DNA of 64,000 nucleotides, from contig DMWY01000018.1 of the NCBI GenBank assembly GCA_003483065.1, positions 8,160-72,159 of the forward strand. Reading direction: 5' to 3'. The position numbers were made by a program, and so were the translations under genes. Under the pieces are notes generated by a model. The model ran no database searches. It saw only the letters and a list, made by a program, of their open reading frames with translations, and was not told where the DNA came from. Shown piece after piece: positions 38,921-48,317 of this stretch (position 1 is the first letter of the stretch; each line of letters begins with the position of its first letter). This DNA is from Candidatus Moraniibacteriota bacterium. Its GTDB lineage: Bacteria; Patescibacteriota; Minisyncoccia; Moranbacterales; UBA2206.

Positions 38921-40228
38921 ATGAATATCATTGTTTCAAAATTTGGCGGTACCTCAGTGGGAAGCCCCGAAGCTATTCAAAAACTTCGCGAAATTGTCTT
39001 GGAAAAAGAAGAACGAAAAATAATCGTTGTTTCTGCCGTTTCCGGCACTACCGATCTGTTGATCAAAGCCGGCACCGAAGCCAAACAGAAAGGAGATTGG
39101 GAAATTACACTGGAAATTATCAAAAAGAAGCATTTGAAATTAATCAAAGAACTCGGGATCAAATTAGATCTGTCTGAATATTTTGAAGAATTAGAAGCTT
39201 TTCTTAACGGCATAGAATCCATTGGAGAACTCACGCCAAGAAGCCGGGATTACATTTTGTCTTTTGGTGAAAGACTAAGTTCGAAAATAATTGAAAGTTT
39301 TTTGGAAAAAAAATCCAAAGCTATCCGCATTAATTCTCGAAAACTTATAAAAACCGACAATTCTTTCAGCTCAGCCAAACTAGACATGAAAGAAACGATC
39401 AAAGCTATAAAGAAAAATTTACTACCAAAATTAAATGACTTTGACAAAATCGTCATCACCGGCTTTATCGGCTCCACTGCGCACGGAGAATACACAACTT
39501 TTTCCCGCGGAGGCTCTGATTATACGGCGGCTATTTTAGCCAATGTGCTAAATGCCACCGAACTAGAAATTTGGACCGACGTGGACGGAATTCTCACTGC
39601 TAATCCCAAAATAATTCCTCAAGCGAAAGTAATTCCAAAAATAAATTATCGCGAAGCAGCTGAACTCGCCTATTTTGGCGCCAAAGTTCTTCACCCAAAA
39701 ACCATTGAACCCGTCGTGGTCAAAGAAATTCCCGCTCGTGTAGTCAACACTTTCAATCACAAACATCGCGGAACTCTCATTACCGGCGAATCGCAAAAAA
39801 ACATCAAATCCGTTTCCAGCAAAAATGGATCCTATATAATCAATCTCTATTCGACTGAGATGCTTGGAACTTCTGGATTTATGGCAGAAATATTTTCCAT
39901 CTTTTTGAAACATGATGTCGTCATCGACGTTGTGAGCACTTCCGAGTCTAGCATTTCCGTCACGACCGAATGCGAACCAACCACGCTCCTTATAAAGGAT
40001 TTGGAAAAATATGCACTCACTGAAATCCTATATAACAAAACTATAATTTCTCTTGTTGGTGAGGGCATCAGCCAAAGAAAAAATATTCTTTCTAGACTTT
40101 TCGGCGCAGTGAAAAACCATTCTATTAAAATGGTTTCCCAAGGTGCCTCCCCTCGAAACATCACGCTCGTCGTTGACAAAAAAGATGAAAAGCTAGTTAT
40201 CCGCGCTATTTATAAAGAATTTTTTTAA
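38921..40228 (+). CDS. lysC: Aspartate kinase
   Basis: N-terminal IVSKFGGTSVGS kinase motif, C-terminal ACT domains. Confidence 0.85.
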   Translation: MNIIVSKFGGTSVGSPEAIQKLREIVLEKEERKIIVVSAVSGTTDLLIKAGTEAKQKGDWEITLEIIKKKHLKLIKELGIKLDLSEYFEELEAFLNGIESIGELTPRSRDYILSFGERLSSKIIESFLEKKSKAIRINSRKLIKTDNSFSSAKLDMKETIKAIKKNLLPKLNDFDKIVITGFIGSTAHGEYTTFSRGGSDYTAAILANVLNATELEIWTDVDGILTANPKIIPQAKVIPKINYREAAELAYFGAKVLHPKTIEPVVVKEIPARVVNTFNHKHRGTLITGESQKNIKSVSSKNGSYIINLYSTEMLGTSGFMAEIFSIFLKHDVVIDVVSTSESSISVTTECEPTTLLIKDLEKYALTEILYNKTIISLVGEGISQRKNILSRLFGAVKNHSIKMVSQGASPRNITLVVDKKDEKLVIRAIYKEFF

Positions 40229-40242
40229 TACTAGAATTTAAG

Positions 40243-40385
40243 GATTTAAGCATTTGATTGTGGAAAAGATATTAACGCAGTCGCCAGGAAAATACTTTGT
40301 ATAGATAATTCTTAATTACTGGCGAGTTATTAAATTTTATAATTACTTTCGCGACGAGCATATCTTGACACAAGCGAATGCTTAA
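40243..40385 (+). promoter_or_regulatory. Structured lysC-asd intergenic element (13-20 bp long-range helix enclosing nested hairpin)
   Basis: ggatttaagcatttgattgtg...cacaagcgaatgcttaaatcc, with inner stem gtcgccag...ctggcgag. Confidence 0.4.
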
Positions 40386-40400
40386 ATCCTACATAAAATT

Positions 40401-41405
40401 ATGCGTTTTGCAATTATCGGTGCTACGGGCATCGTCGGGAGAGAAATGATTCAATGCCTCGAAAAAAAACATTTGAAAGTTTCTGCTTTGAGATTGGCGG
40501 CTTCACCACGCTCGGTGGGGAAAATGATCAAAACCAATTTCGGAAAAATAAAAGTGGAGAAAATCAGTGAAGAACTTTTCAAAAATTCTGACATCGCCCT
40601 TTTTGCCGCCGGCTCGGAAATTAGTTTGGAGTGGGCCAAAAAAGCGGCTGAGCTTGGCTCGGTTGTTATCGATAATTCCTCATGCTTTCGCTATGACCCA
40701 CAGGTGCCACTCATTATCCCAGAAATAAATCCAAAAGAAATTTCGAAACATAGAGGCATCATCGCCAATCCCAACTGCACCACTGCTATTGCCGCTATTC
40801 CACTTTGGGAAATTGAAAAAAAATTCGGTCTGAAAAAAGTTATTATTTCCACCTATCAGGCAGTTTCCGGCGCGGGGAAAGAAGCGATGGAAGAGTTGGA
40901 AAATCAAACTCATAGTTATTGCCAAAATAAAAAGTTCACAATAGACAAATTTCAACATCAAATTCTTTTCAATCTTATTCCTCATATTGATAAGTTTCAA
41001 GAAAATGGATATACCAAAGAAGAAATGAAGGTCGTTTGGGAAACTAGAAAAATATTTTCTCGTCCTAACATTGACATTTCTTGCACGGCTGTTCGTGTGC
41101 CGGTTATGCGAGCGCACAGCGAATCAATTGTAGTTGAAACAAAAAAGAAAATCACTCCCGAAAAAATTAGAGCGATTTTCAAAAAGACTTCTGGGATAAA
41201 AGTAGTTGATGATCCAAAAAATAATTCCTACCCAATGCCACTTTTTGCCAGTTCGGATTTTTCTGTTCATGTCGGGAGAATTAGACAAAGCCTTATTTTT
41301 GGAGATTTTGGACTGGAATTTTTTGTTAGTGGCGATCAAATCTTGAAAGGCGCCGCCCTCAATGCTGTCCAAATCGCCGAGCTTTTGATGAAGAAAAAGA
41401 AATAA
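40401..41405 (+). CDS. asd: Aspartate-semialdehyde dehydrogenase
   Basis: N-terminal Rossmann motif FAIIGATGIVGREM, with the catalytic Cys context NPNCTTAIAAIPL and SGAGK. Confidence 0.9.
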   Translation: MRFAIIGATGIVGREMIQCLEKKHLKVSALRLAASPRSVGKMIKTNFGKIKVEKISEELFKNSDIALFAAGSEISLEWAKKAAELGSVVIDNSSCFRYDPQVPLIIPEINPKEISKHRGIIANPNCTTAIAAIPLWEIEKKFGLKKVIISTYQAVSGAGKEAMEELENQTHSYCQNKKFTIDKFQHQILFNLIPHIDKFQENGYTKEEMKVVWETRKIFSRPNIDISCTAVRVPVMRAHSESIVVETKKKITPEKIRAIFKKTSGIKVVDDPKNNSYPMPLFASSDFSVHVGRIRQSLIFGDFGLEFFVSGDQILKGAALNAVQIAELLMKKKK

Positions 41406-41526
41406 ATTTATTTAGTTTATTTTAGGACTTACACGTTTACCTGAAAATCTATTTATGTAGCCAGTACAATGACAGGATTATAATCAATAATTTCTATCTA
41501 TAATCTTAGTTCATTTTTTTGTAATT

Positions 41527-42006
41527 TCAGCGAACAATAGATTTGAAGGGAAATGCGTAAGTCATATCCAAAACCGCCTCAGTCGCTTCTTTGCCCTTAT
41601 TGCATCTTTCATTCGCCCTGTCTTTTGCTTGCTTCAAGTTATTCACAGTTATCACGCCAAAACCAATTGGCAAAGAAAATTTCAGCATCACGTCCATTAT
41701 CCCCCTGGAAACTTCTTGTGATATATAATAGTAATGATCAGTGTCGCCCTTTATCACGCACCCGATAGCCACCAAGCCATCATATTTTTTTTCTTTCGCT
41801 AATTTCTGACAAGCTAAGGGAATTTCATATGCACCCGGAACCCAAACAATTTCAATATTGTTTTTTTTAACCTTATTTATTCGCAAAACTTCCAGCGCGC
41901 CCTGAAGCATTTTTTCCGTGATGTCCACATTGAATTTTGAGACTATAATCGCAATTTTGAGATTGCGACCATCAATTTTATTAATTTTTTTGTTTTCTCT
42001 TTGCAT
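41527..42006 (-). CDS. ribH: 6,7-dimethyl-8-ribityllumazine synthase
   Basis: 159 aa. LKIAIIVSKFN...GAYEIPLA...VIKGDTDHY matches the lumazine synthase fold signature. Confidence 0.85.
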   Translation of the reverse strand: MQRENKKINKIDGRNLKIAIIVSKFNVDITEKMLQGALEVLRINKVKKNNIEIVWVPGAYEIPLACQKLAKEKKYDGLVAIGCVIKGDTDHYYYISQEVSRGIMDVMLKFSLPIGFGVITVNNLKQAKDRANERCNKGKEATEAVLDMTYAFPFKSIVR

Positions 42007-42033
42007 AAGTATTTATAGTTATTTAAACCCCTC

Positions 42034-42129
42034 TGTCATTCCCGTGAAAACGGGAATCCAGTCATCAAATAAATTTTATTGCAATAAATTTAGTATCTAC
42101 ACTAGATTCCTGCTTTCGCAGGAATGACA
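42034..42129. repeat. MITE-like palindromic element, TGTCAT...ATGACA family 3, copy 2 (between ribH and ribE)
   Basis: tgtcattcc cgtgaaaacggg aatccagtc...ctacactagattcc tgctttcgcagg aatgaca. Confidence 0.7.
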
Positions 42130-42137
42130 AATCGAAC

Positions 42138-42725
42138 TTATTTATTTCTTAAAAGTTTATCTACATATTTAGCTAGCACATCTGTTTCAATGTTCACGCT
42201 ATCACCTATTTTTATCTTTCCTAAATTAGTATTCTCCAAAGTATAACTCACTAGCGAAACCGAAAACCAATCTCGCCCGGTATCCACTACAGTTAAACTT
42301 ATCCCATCCACAGAAACCGACCCTTTCTCTGCTACCAAGCGCATAAATTTTGTGGGAATTTGTATTTTTATTATTTTTGATTTCTTGTCTTTTCTTATAC
42401 CCACCACAATTCCTCGCGTATCAATGTGCCCCTGCACTATGTGTCCATCCAAAAGATCCTTGAGCGCCAAACTTTTTTCTAAATTCACAGCCGTTCCTTT
42501 TTTCCAATCGCCCGCAGTAGTTTTCTCAATAGTCTCCGGCATATATTCCACTTGAAAAATTTTTGCATTAAATTTTTTAACTGTCGAACAAATTCCATTC
42601 ATAGAAATACTTTCCCCTTCCCAAATTTTCCAGCCTTTGGGTCGAGAAATTTCCACAAATAAACTTTCATTTATTTTGGAAACTTTTTCTACTGTGGATA
42701 ATTTTTTAATAATCCCGGTAAACAT
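42138..42725 (-). CDS. ribE: Riboflavin synthase alpha subunit
   Basis: MFTGIIKKLSTVEKV N-terminus and duplicated barrel (GHIVQGHIDTRGIV). Confidence 0.85.
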   Translation of the reverse strand: MFTGIIKKLSTVEKVSKINESLFVEISRPKGWKIWEGESISMNGICSTVKKFNAKIFQVEYMPETIEKTTAGDWKKGTAVNLEKSLALKDLLDGHIVQGHIDTRGIVVGIRKDKKSKIIKIQIPTKFMRLVAEKGSVSVDGISLTVVDTGRDWFSVSLVSYTLENTNLGKIKIGDSVNIETDVLAKYVDKLLRNK

Positions 42726-42727
42726 AA

Positions 42728-43072
42728 TTATTTTCTTCTTATTATTTCCAAATCTTTCTTAATTTGTTTTATTAATTCTTCACTGTTTTTAAACTTTATA
42801 ATTTCTCTAATTTTCTCAACAATCTCTACTCTCATTTCTTTGTTGTATAAATTTCCCGAAAAATCCAGTAGATGCGCTTCCAAAAGAGATTTCTCAGGAA
42901 AATAGACAATGGCGGCCTTATATTTTTTGCCTTCAAACTCAACATTTCCCGCATAAACCCCGGCCTCAAGTTTTCCACTAAAGTTCAAATTGGCCGTAGG
43001 AAAGCCTAATTTATGGCCATTTTCTTGTCCATGAATGACTTTTCCGACTATTTTCAAATGTTGGTTCTCCAT
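42728..43072 (-). CDS. Riboflavin kinase (flavokinase domain, stand-alone)
   Basis: 114 aa. GHKLGFPTANLN...YAG flavokinase motifs (RibF C-terminal domain homolog). Confidence 0.75.
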   Translation of the reverse strand: MENQHLKIVGKVIHGQENGHKLGFPTANLNFSGKLEAGVYAGNVEFEGKKYKAAIVYFPEKSLLEAHLLDFSGNLYNKEMRVEIVEKIREIIKFKNSEELIKQIKKDLEIIRRK

Positions 43073-43149
43073 AGACTAAATTCTAACAAGAGCGCCGGAT
43101 ATTGGCAAATTCATTTGCTTTTGCTAGTATGTAGTATAATCTTAATTTT

Positions 43150-44043
43150 ATGGAAAAAATCATCGTCATTCTTGGACCCACTTCTTCTGGCAAATCAGAG
43201 GTGGCAATTGCATTGGCTCAAAAATTAAACGGGGAGATAATTAGCGCTGACTCGCGCCAAATTTATCGTGGCATGGATGTTGGTACTGGAAAAATAACCA
43301 AGTCTGAACAAAAAATGGCTAAACATTATGGTATTGATATAGTAAGTCCAAAGACTGAATATAACTCGGCTAAATTCAAAAAGTATGCTAACAAAATAAT
43401 CAAAGATATTTTAGCGCGCGGAAAACTCCCGATTATTTGCGGTGGAACCGGTTTTTGGATAAAAGCGCTGGTGGATAATGTTGTCTATCCAGAAGTCGCA
43501 CCCGATTGGAAGCTGCGAGAAAAGTTAGGCAAAAAATCAACTGAAGAATTATTTAAGACACTGCAAAAACTAGATCCCCAGCGTGCCAAAAACATCGACG
43601 CCAAAAATCCCGTCCGTCTCATTCGCGCCATTGAAATTTGCAAAAGTATCGGCAAAGTGCCAGATACAAGATACAAGATACAAGATACAAGATACAAATT
43701 TGTTCAGATTGGAATAAGAATTACCAAAGAAAAACTTGATGAAAGAATTAAGCTAAGACTGCAAAAAAGATTTTCTGCAGGCATGACTAAGGAAGTCAAA
43801 AAACTCCACTTTAAAGATAAAATTAGTTGGAAAAAATTGGAAAGCTTTGGGCTTGGATACTCGCTTATTCCAAAATATTTGAAAGGTGAAATAGAATCAA
43901 AAGAAGAGCTTTTTGAACAAGTTTACCTCGCCGAAAAAAACTACGCCAAACGCCAAATGACTTGGTTTAAAAAAGATAAAAGAGTAATTTGGCTACCTGA
44001 ATACAAAGATATAGAAAAAGAAGTAAAGAAGTTTTTAATTTAA
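43150..44043 (+). CDS. miaA: tRNA dimethylallyltransferase
   Basis: P-loop ILGPTSSGKS, SADSRQIYRGMDVGTGK. Contains an in-frame (agataca)x4 heptamer array at 43664..43691. Confidence 0.9.
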   Translation: MEKIIVILGPTSSGKSEVAIALAQKLNGEIISADSRQIYRGMDVGTGKITKSEQKMAKHYGIDIVSPKTEYNSAKFKKYANKIIKDILARGKLPIICGGTGFWIKALVDNVVYPEVAPDWKLREKLGKKSTEELFKTLQKLDPQRAKNIDAKNPVRLIRAIEICKSIGKVPDTRYKIQDTRYKFVQIGIRITKEKLDERIKLRLQKRFSAGMTKEVKKLHFKDKISWKKLESFGLGYSLIPKYLKGEIESKEELFEQVYLAEKNYAKRQMTWFKKDKRVIWLPEYKDIEKEVKKFLI

Positions 44044-44046
44044 TAA

Positions 44047-44090
44047 GAGTCCCCAAGAAAGATTTCTTGAGGACCCTTGTGTTTTTCGGA
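44047..44090 (+). terminator. miaA terminator
   Basis: ccccaagaaagatttcttgagg followed by acccttgtgtttttcgg. Confidence 0.5.
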
Positions 44091-44094
44091 AGGA

Positions 44095-44271
44095 TTATTT
44101 ATTGGGTAGGTAGGGCTGAAGCGGTATATTGTGAAATTCTGCGCATCTTCTACAGATTGGCCAACCTGAACCATTGTACCCAGCGATTTCATCAAAACCA
44201 CTACACATCCTACAAAATTCTTTTTCTTCCGATAAAATATCGTAAGAAACCTCAGCCAGATCACTATCCAT
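44095..44271 (-). CDS. Hypothetical small zinc-ribbon protein (two CxxC pairs)
   Basis: 58 aa from MDSDLAEV with GGAGG RBS. CRMC...CRRC. Confidence 0.35.
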   Translation of the reverse strand: MDSDLAEVSYDILSEEKEFCRMCSGFDEIAGYNGSGWPICRRCAEFHNIPLQPYLPNK

Positions 44272-44302
44272 AATATCTCTCCTCCCAAAAAAGAACATAA
44301 AA

Positions 44303-44330
44303 AAAATCCACCTATTTGGTGGATTTCACA
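44303..44330 (-). terminator. Rho-independent terminator
   Basis: Minus strand: atccaccaaataggtggat followed by tttttttt. Confidence 0.6.
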
Positions 44331-44533
44331 TTGTCTATAAAAAATATAAAAAACTTTTTTGGTCTTTGTCTGTTTGGTTTTTTATACTTATTTTTCATAT
44401 CTAAATATAAATATACTCCTTTCTCCTAATTTTGGCAAGAGCAACTATTTCAACTTGTTTTTGACAATTTCCTGCACTATTTGCGGATTAGCTTTGCCTT
44501 TAGTCATCGCTCCGCCAAAGGCGGATCTGACGC

Positions 44534-46009
44534 TTATTCTCCTGACATTTTTTTTACTAATAATTCAGACGCAGCATTTGGATTAGCCTTTCCTTTAGTA
44601 GCCGACATAGTTTGCCCGATCAGAAACTTCAACGCATTTTCTTTCCCAGCCTTGAAATCAACCACCGATTTCTCATTCTTGGCCAAAACTTCCTCGACTA
44701 TTTTTTCCAATTCGTCTGAATTATCCATTTGCGCCAAATTTTTTTCTTCGATGATTTGCGATGGATCGCCACCTGCCTTGTACATCTCGGCAAGCACTGT
44801 TTGCGCTGCACTGGAATTTATTTTCCCCTCTGACAAAATACAAATAAACTCGGCGTAATTTTCTGGAGTGATTTTGATATCAGATAAATCATGTTCGTGT
44901 TCCCCCATGTGCTTGCGAAGTTCACCAATCATATAATTAGCAGCCAATTTAATCGCCCTTTCTTCTTGGCACACATATTCTTTGCAACTAATTTTTTCCC
45001 TAATTTCGCTCACCACATTTTCAAAATACTGCGCCAATTCTTTTTCGCAGGTTATAATTTCCACGTCAGCAATTGGCAGATCATATTCCTTTTTGAATCT
45101 TTCAAATTTTTGCTCCGGCAGTTCTGGCAATTTTCTTTTAATATTTTCCACATAAGTTTCATCAAAACTAAACGGCGGGATATCCGGTTCAGGAAAATAG
45201 CGATAATCATGCGCTGATTCTTTTTTCCTCTGTGAAACTGTCTCACCTTTGTTCGCATCCCATCCGCGAGTTTCTTGAACAATCTTTTCACCTTTATCCA
45301 ACATTTCCGTTTGTCGCTCAATTTCAAAATTGATGGCTTTTTCCACGAATTTAAAACTATTAATATTCTTCACTTCAACTTTAGTGCCAGAAAGTTTTTC
45401 CTCGCCTTCTTTATAAAGTGAAATATTAGCTTCGCAACGCATATTTCCTTTTTCCATATCCGCATCTGATATTTCAAGATATCTGCAAATCTGTTGCAGT
45501 TTTTGACAAAAAATTCGCGCTTCTTCACCCGTTTCAATGTCCGGTTCAGTCACCAGCTCCATTAGTGGCACTCCAGCGCGATTGAAATCCACCAGAGTAT
45601 ATTCCACGCCTTTTGGGTGAATGAGCTTGCCTGTGTCCTCTTCGAGATGAATGCGAGTGATTCCGATTTCTTTCCCATTTATTTTCAATTTTCCTTTTTC
45701 ACAAAATGGTTGATCATATTGGGAAATTTGATAGCCTTTTGGAATATCCGGATAAAAATAGTTCTTACGATCAAACTTTGAAATTTGACGCAAATTGCAA
45801 CCCAACGCCAAGCCAACTAACTGAACAAATTCAATTGCTTGAATGTTTGGCACCGGCAATGTTCCTGGTTGCGCTGTGCAAACAGGACAAATATCAATAT
45901 TTGGAGTCTTTTCAAGCCCCAAGCCATTCTTGCATTGGCAAAACATTTTTGATTTAGTTTTGAGTTCCACATGGATTTCCATGCCGATTACGGGAGTGTA
46001 TTTTTTCAT
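44534..46009 (-). CDS. gatB: Asp-tRNA(Asn)/Glu-tRNA(Gln) amidotransferase subunit B
   Basis: MKKYTPVIGMEIHVELKTKSKMFCQC N-terminus, GatB/YqeY C-terminal domain. Confidence 0.9.
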   Translation of the reverse strand: MKKYTPVIGMEIHVELKTKSKMFCQCKNGLGLEKTPNIDICPVCTAQPGTLPVPNIQAIEFVQLVGLALGCNLRQISKFDRKNYFYPDIPKGYQISQYDQPFCEKGKLKINGKEIGITRIHLEEDTGKLIHPKGVEYTLVDFNRAGVPLMELVTEPDIETGEEARIFCQKLQQICRYLEISDADMEKGNMRCEANISLYKEGEEKLSGTKVEVKNINSFKFVEKAINFEIERQTEMLDKGEKIVQETRGWDANKGETVSQRKKESAHDYRYFPEPDIPPFSFDETYVENIKRKLPELPEQKFERFKKEYDLPIADVEIITCEKELAQYFENVVSEIREKISCKEYVCQEERAIKLAANYMIGELRKHMGEHEHDLSDIKITPENYAEFICILSEGKINSSAAQTVLAEMYKAGGDPSQIIEEKNLAQMDNSDELEKIVEEVLAKNEKSVVDFKAGKENALKFLIGQTMSATKGKANPNAASELLVKKMSGE

Positions 46010-46013
46010 AAAT

Positions 46014-46532
46014 TTAAAATAAAATTTTCTTATATTTTAATTTGTTTAAATTTTTTTCAATATCCTTATATTTTTTTCCGCAAAGCATCCCTCCAGCGAT
46101 AAACTCTTCCTGAGTAACTTCCACCAGGCAAAATTCTGGCATTTTGAATCTATCTTTTTCTTTTTTATTTTTAAATTCAAAATCTATCAATACTAAGCCA
46201 CTCAGTCCTTCCTTGAAAATATCAATTTCTGCGATATTCTTATTATAATCATAGTAGTATCTTTTTTTAAATATTTTCCTCCCTTCTGTTTTTTTCAAAA
46301 CCTCAAACTCTTTTTCGGAAAGACTGATTGTTTGCTCTTTTTGAACCGATTTGTCGTTATCACTGATTGGTGTTTTTTTCGTCATCTCGAAACTATCTCC
46401 ATTTTTTCTAATACGCAAAACAGGATGATCGCTAGATTTTGGAATATAAATATCAATAACTTCTCTCCATTTTGATTTTTTTATATTCGCAGGAATATTT
46501 TTCGCTAAATATGTTTTTTCTAATTCAATCAT
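46014..46532 (-). CDS. CYTH domain protein (class IV adenylyl cyclase / triphosphate tunnel metalloenzyme fold)
   Basis: MIELEKTYL N-terminal ExExK motif characteristic of CYTH. Confidence 0.6.
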   Translation of the reverse strand: MIELEKTYLAKNIPANIKKSKWREVIDIYIPKSSDHPVLRIRKNGDSFEMTKKTPISDNDKSVQKEQTISLSEKEFEVLKKTEGRKIFKKRYYYDYNKNIAEIDIFKEGLSGLVLIDFEFKNKKEKDRFKMPEFCLVEVTQEEFIAGGMLCGKKYKDIEKNLNKLKYKKILF

Positions 46533-46540
46533 AAAAAGAA

Positions 46541-47041
46541 TTAATATACAACATTATATTTTAAAACCACTGAATCATCATTAATTTTTTCACAATCAAT
46601 CAATTTTAGATTAACATCAAAATCCCCCTTGAAAAGTCCCAGGCCATCACCAAAAATTTTCGGCTCGACTGTGATATGAATTTCATCCACTAATTTATGA
46701 TCCAAAAACATCCCATTAATAAATGCTCCTCCACCTAAGATAGCTGACTCGTACCCCATATCTTCCAAATCCTTCAAAACATCCTCTGGCTCACCCTTGA
46801 CCCATTTTACCCCTTCAATTTCCTTTGGATTTTCCTCTAGCGTAAAAACAACATTCAGACGCTCCTTAAGCGGAGATGGAAAAGTAGCAAAAGTTTTATC
46901 ACCCATAATCACCACTCTTGCCTCCTTGGAAACACGGGCGAAATATTTTTTGTCTTCTCGAGAAGTCCAATCTGGGAAATGATTGCTCGTTTTAGCGATC
47001 TTTCCATCTAGCGTCATTGCCATTACCATTATAATTTTCAT
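46541..47041 (-). CDS. Dihydrofolate reductase family protein (RibD C-terminal reductase-like)
   Basis: 166 aa. IMVMAMTLDGKIA...WTSREDKKYF...AILGGGAFING pattern of the DHFR/RibD_C family. Confidence 0.65.
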   Translation of the reverse strand: MKIIMVMAMTLDGKIAKTSNHFPDWTSREDKKYFARVSKEARVVIMGDKTFATFPSPLKERLNVVFTLEENPKEIEGVKWVKGEPEDVLKDLEDMGYESAILGGGAFINGMFLDHKLVDEIHITVEPKIFGDGLGLFKGDFDVNLKLIDCEKINDDSVVLKYNVVY

Positions 47042-47060
47042 AATTTAAAACTTTTAATTC

Positions 47061-47651
47061 TTATTTTTTCCAGTCGCCAGTTTTGAATCTGTTGTTTTCT
47101 GAATTAAAATGCCAGCTATTTACATCGCTCAAATAAATTTCTCTAAATATTTTTTTAGCCGTTTTTGTAAAAAGTTTTTTAGGAATTATTTTTTTACGCG
47201 ATTCTGATTTTAATTTAAATAGACTCTCATTTGCATCTTTTTGCTCCATAAGCTCTAAATCAATATCAAGATTGTCGGCATCCTTGACTATCCTTGCTTC
47301 AATCGTTTCTCTTTTTTCATTTTCTTTAAATAATTCTAAGAATTCTTTTTCAAGCGAAGTGTTTTTAAGCATATCGCGTATGGCCAAATCTTCATTTCTC
47401 TTGACATATAATCTTGACAAATAGTCCACATCTCCCGCCCGACTCTCTGCAATATCATGTAATAATGCTAATTTCAATATTTTCTCCTGATTGTTATTCT
47501 TCTCTTTTTTAGCAATAATCAAAGCCAACCACATTACCCTGAAAGTATGTTCCGCATCATTAGCTACTTTTGTTACAAAAAACCTCTGCCAAGTCCTTTG
47601 GAGGAATCTTATTTTTCCGATTTCAAACAAAAAATCCAAATCTTTGTTCAT
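47061..47651 (-). CDS. HD-domain 5'-deoxynucleotidase (YfbR-like)
   Basis: HD motif AEHTFRV...LLHDIAESRAGD...DAD. Confidence 0.7.
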   Translation of the reverse strand: MNKDLDFLFEIGKIRFLQRTWQRFFVTKVANDAEHTFRVMWLALIIAKKEKNNNQEKILKLALLHDIAESRAGDVDYLSRLYVKRNEDLAIRDMLKNTSLEKEFLELFKENEKRETIEARIVKDADNLDIDLELMEQKDANESLFKLKSESRKKIIPKKLFTKTAKKIFREIYLSDVNSWHFNSENNRFKTGDWKK

Positions 47652-47813
47652 TTTGATTTCAGTTAACTATTACGCATAATGTATAATACCACACAAAAAA
47701 GTGATAGTAAAATCACTATATCTGTTTGACTTTAATGGTCTTTATGCTATTCTAATTTGAAACCCTATTAACCTGAAACCTTAAAAAAAGAATAGACCCG
47801 AAGGAGGTCAAAC

Positions 47814-48317
47814 ATGAAAAAGCCTATCAGCGAAATCGTAAGGGGATTTTCGGAAAAACTTCCAAGATTCCCTGATGGCCGAATTAACTACACCAAATCA
47901 AACACGGCACCTGTTATCATAATTTTTGTCAAAGTTGGCGAAGAATTCTTGCTTCTAAGACGGAGCAAGAAGGTGCTTGCCTATCAAGGCAAGTGGAGTG
48001 GAAGCGCTGGCTTCCTAGATGATCAAAAACCAATTCGTGATAAAGTTTTAGAAGAGCTTGTCGACGAATTGGGTATTGACGAGAAAAAATTAAAAGAACT
48101 GATCACAAAGATCAAGATCAGTGAGTATTATGAATTTAGGGACGAACAAACCAATAGGATCTGGATTAAAAATCCAGTATTGGTTGAATTGAAAGAAAAA
48201 CCAGAAGTACGCATCAATTGGGAACACGATGCCTTTTGCTGGATTCGAAAAAATGAACTGTCCAAGTTCGACATAGTTGTCGATTTGGAACATGCCCTCG
48301 AATGCGCTTTACAATAA
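47814..48317 (+). CDS. NUDIX hydrolase
   Basis: NUDIX box GFLDDQKPIRDKVLEELVDELGI. GGAGG RBS. Confidence 0.75.
   Translation: MKKPISEIVRGFSEKLPRFPDGRINYTKSNTAPVIIIFVKVGEEFLLLRRSKKVLAYQGKWSGSAGFLDDQKPIRDKVLEELVDELGIDEKKLKELITKIKISEYYEFRDEQTNRIWIKNPVLVELKEKPEVRINWEHDAFCWIRKNELSKFDIVVDLEHALECALQ

Noticed and set aside
43073-43150. FMN riboswitch upstream of the riboflavin kinase / ribE / ribH genes
   Set aside because: Only about 78 bp is available between the minus-strand rib genes and miaA, too short for an RFN element. No conserved RFN core was seen.
44040-44298. 82-aa and 68-aa overlapping ORFs around the miaA terminator
   Set aside because: They overlap each other and the terminator hairpin in different frames. 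Only the minus-strand zinc-ribbon ORF with a GGAGG RBS was kept, at low confidence.
44333-44420. 27-aa Lys/Arg-rich minus-strand ORF (MKNKYKKPNRQRPKKFFIFFIDNVKSTK) between gatB and the terminator
   Set aside because: Poorly spaced RBS, and the C-terminal half is encoded by the terminator hairpin itself. It does not match ribosomal protein L34/L36 patterns.
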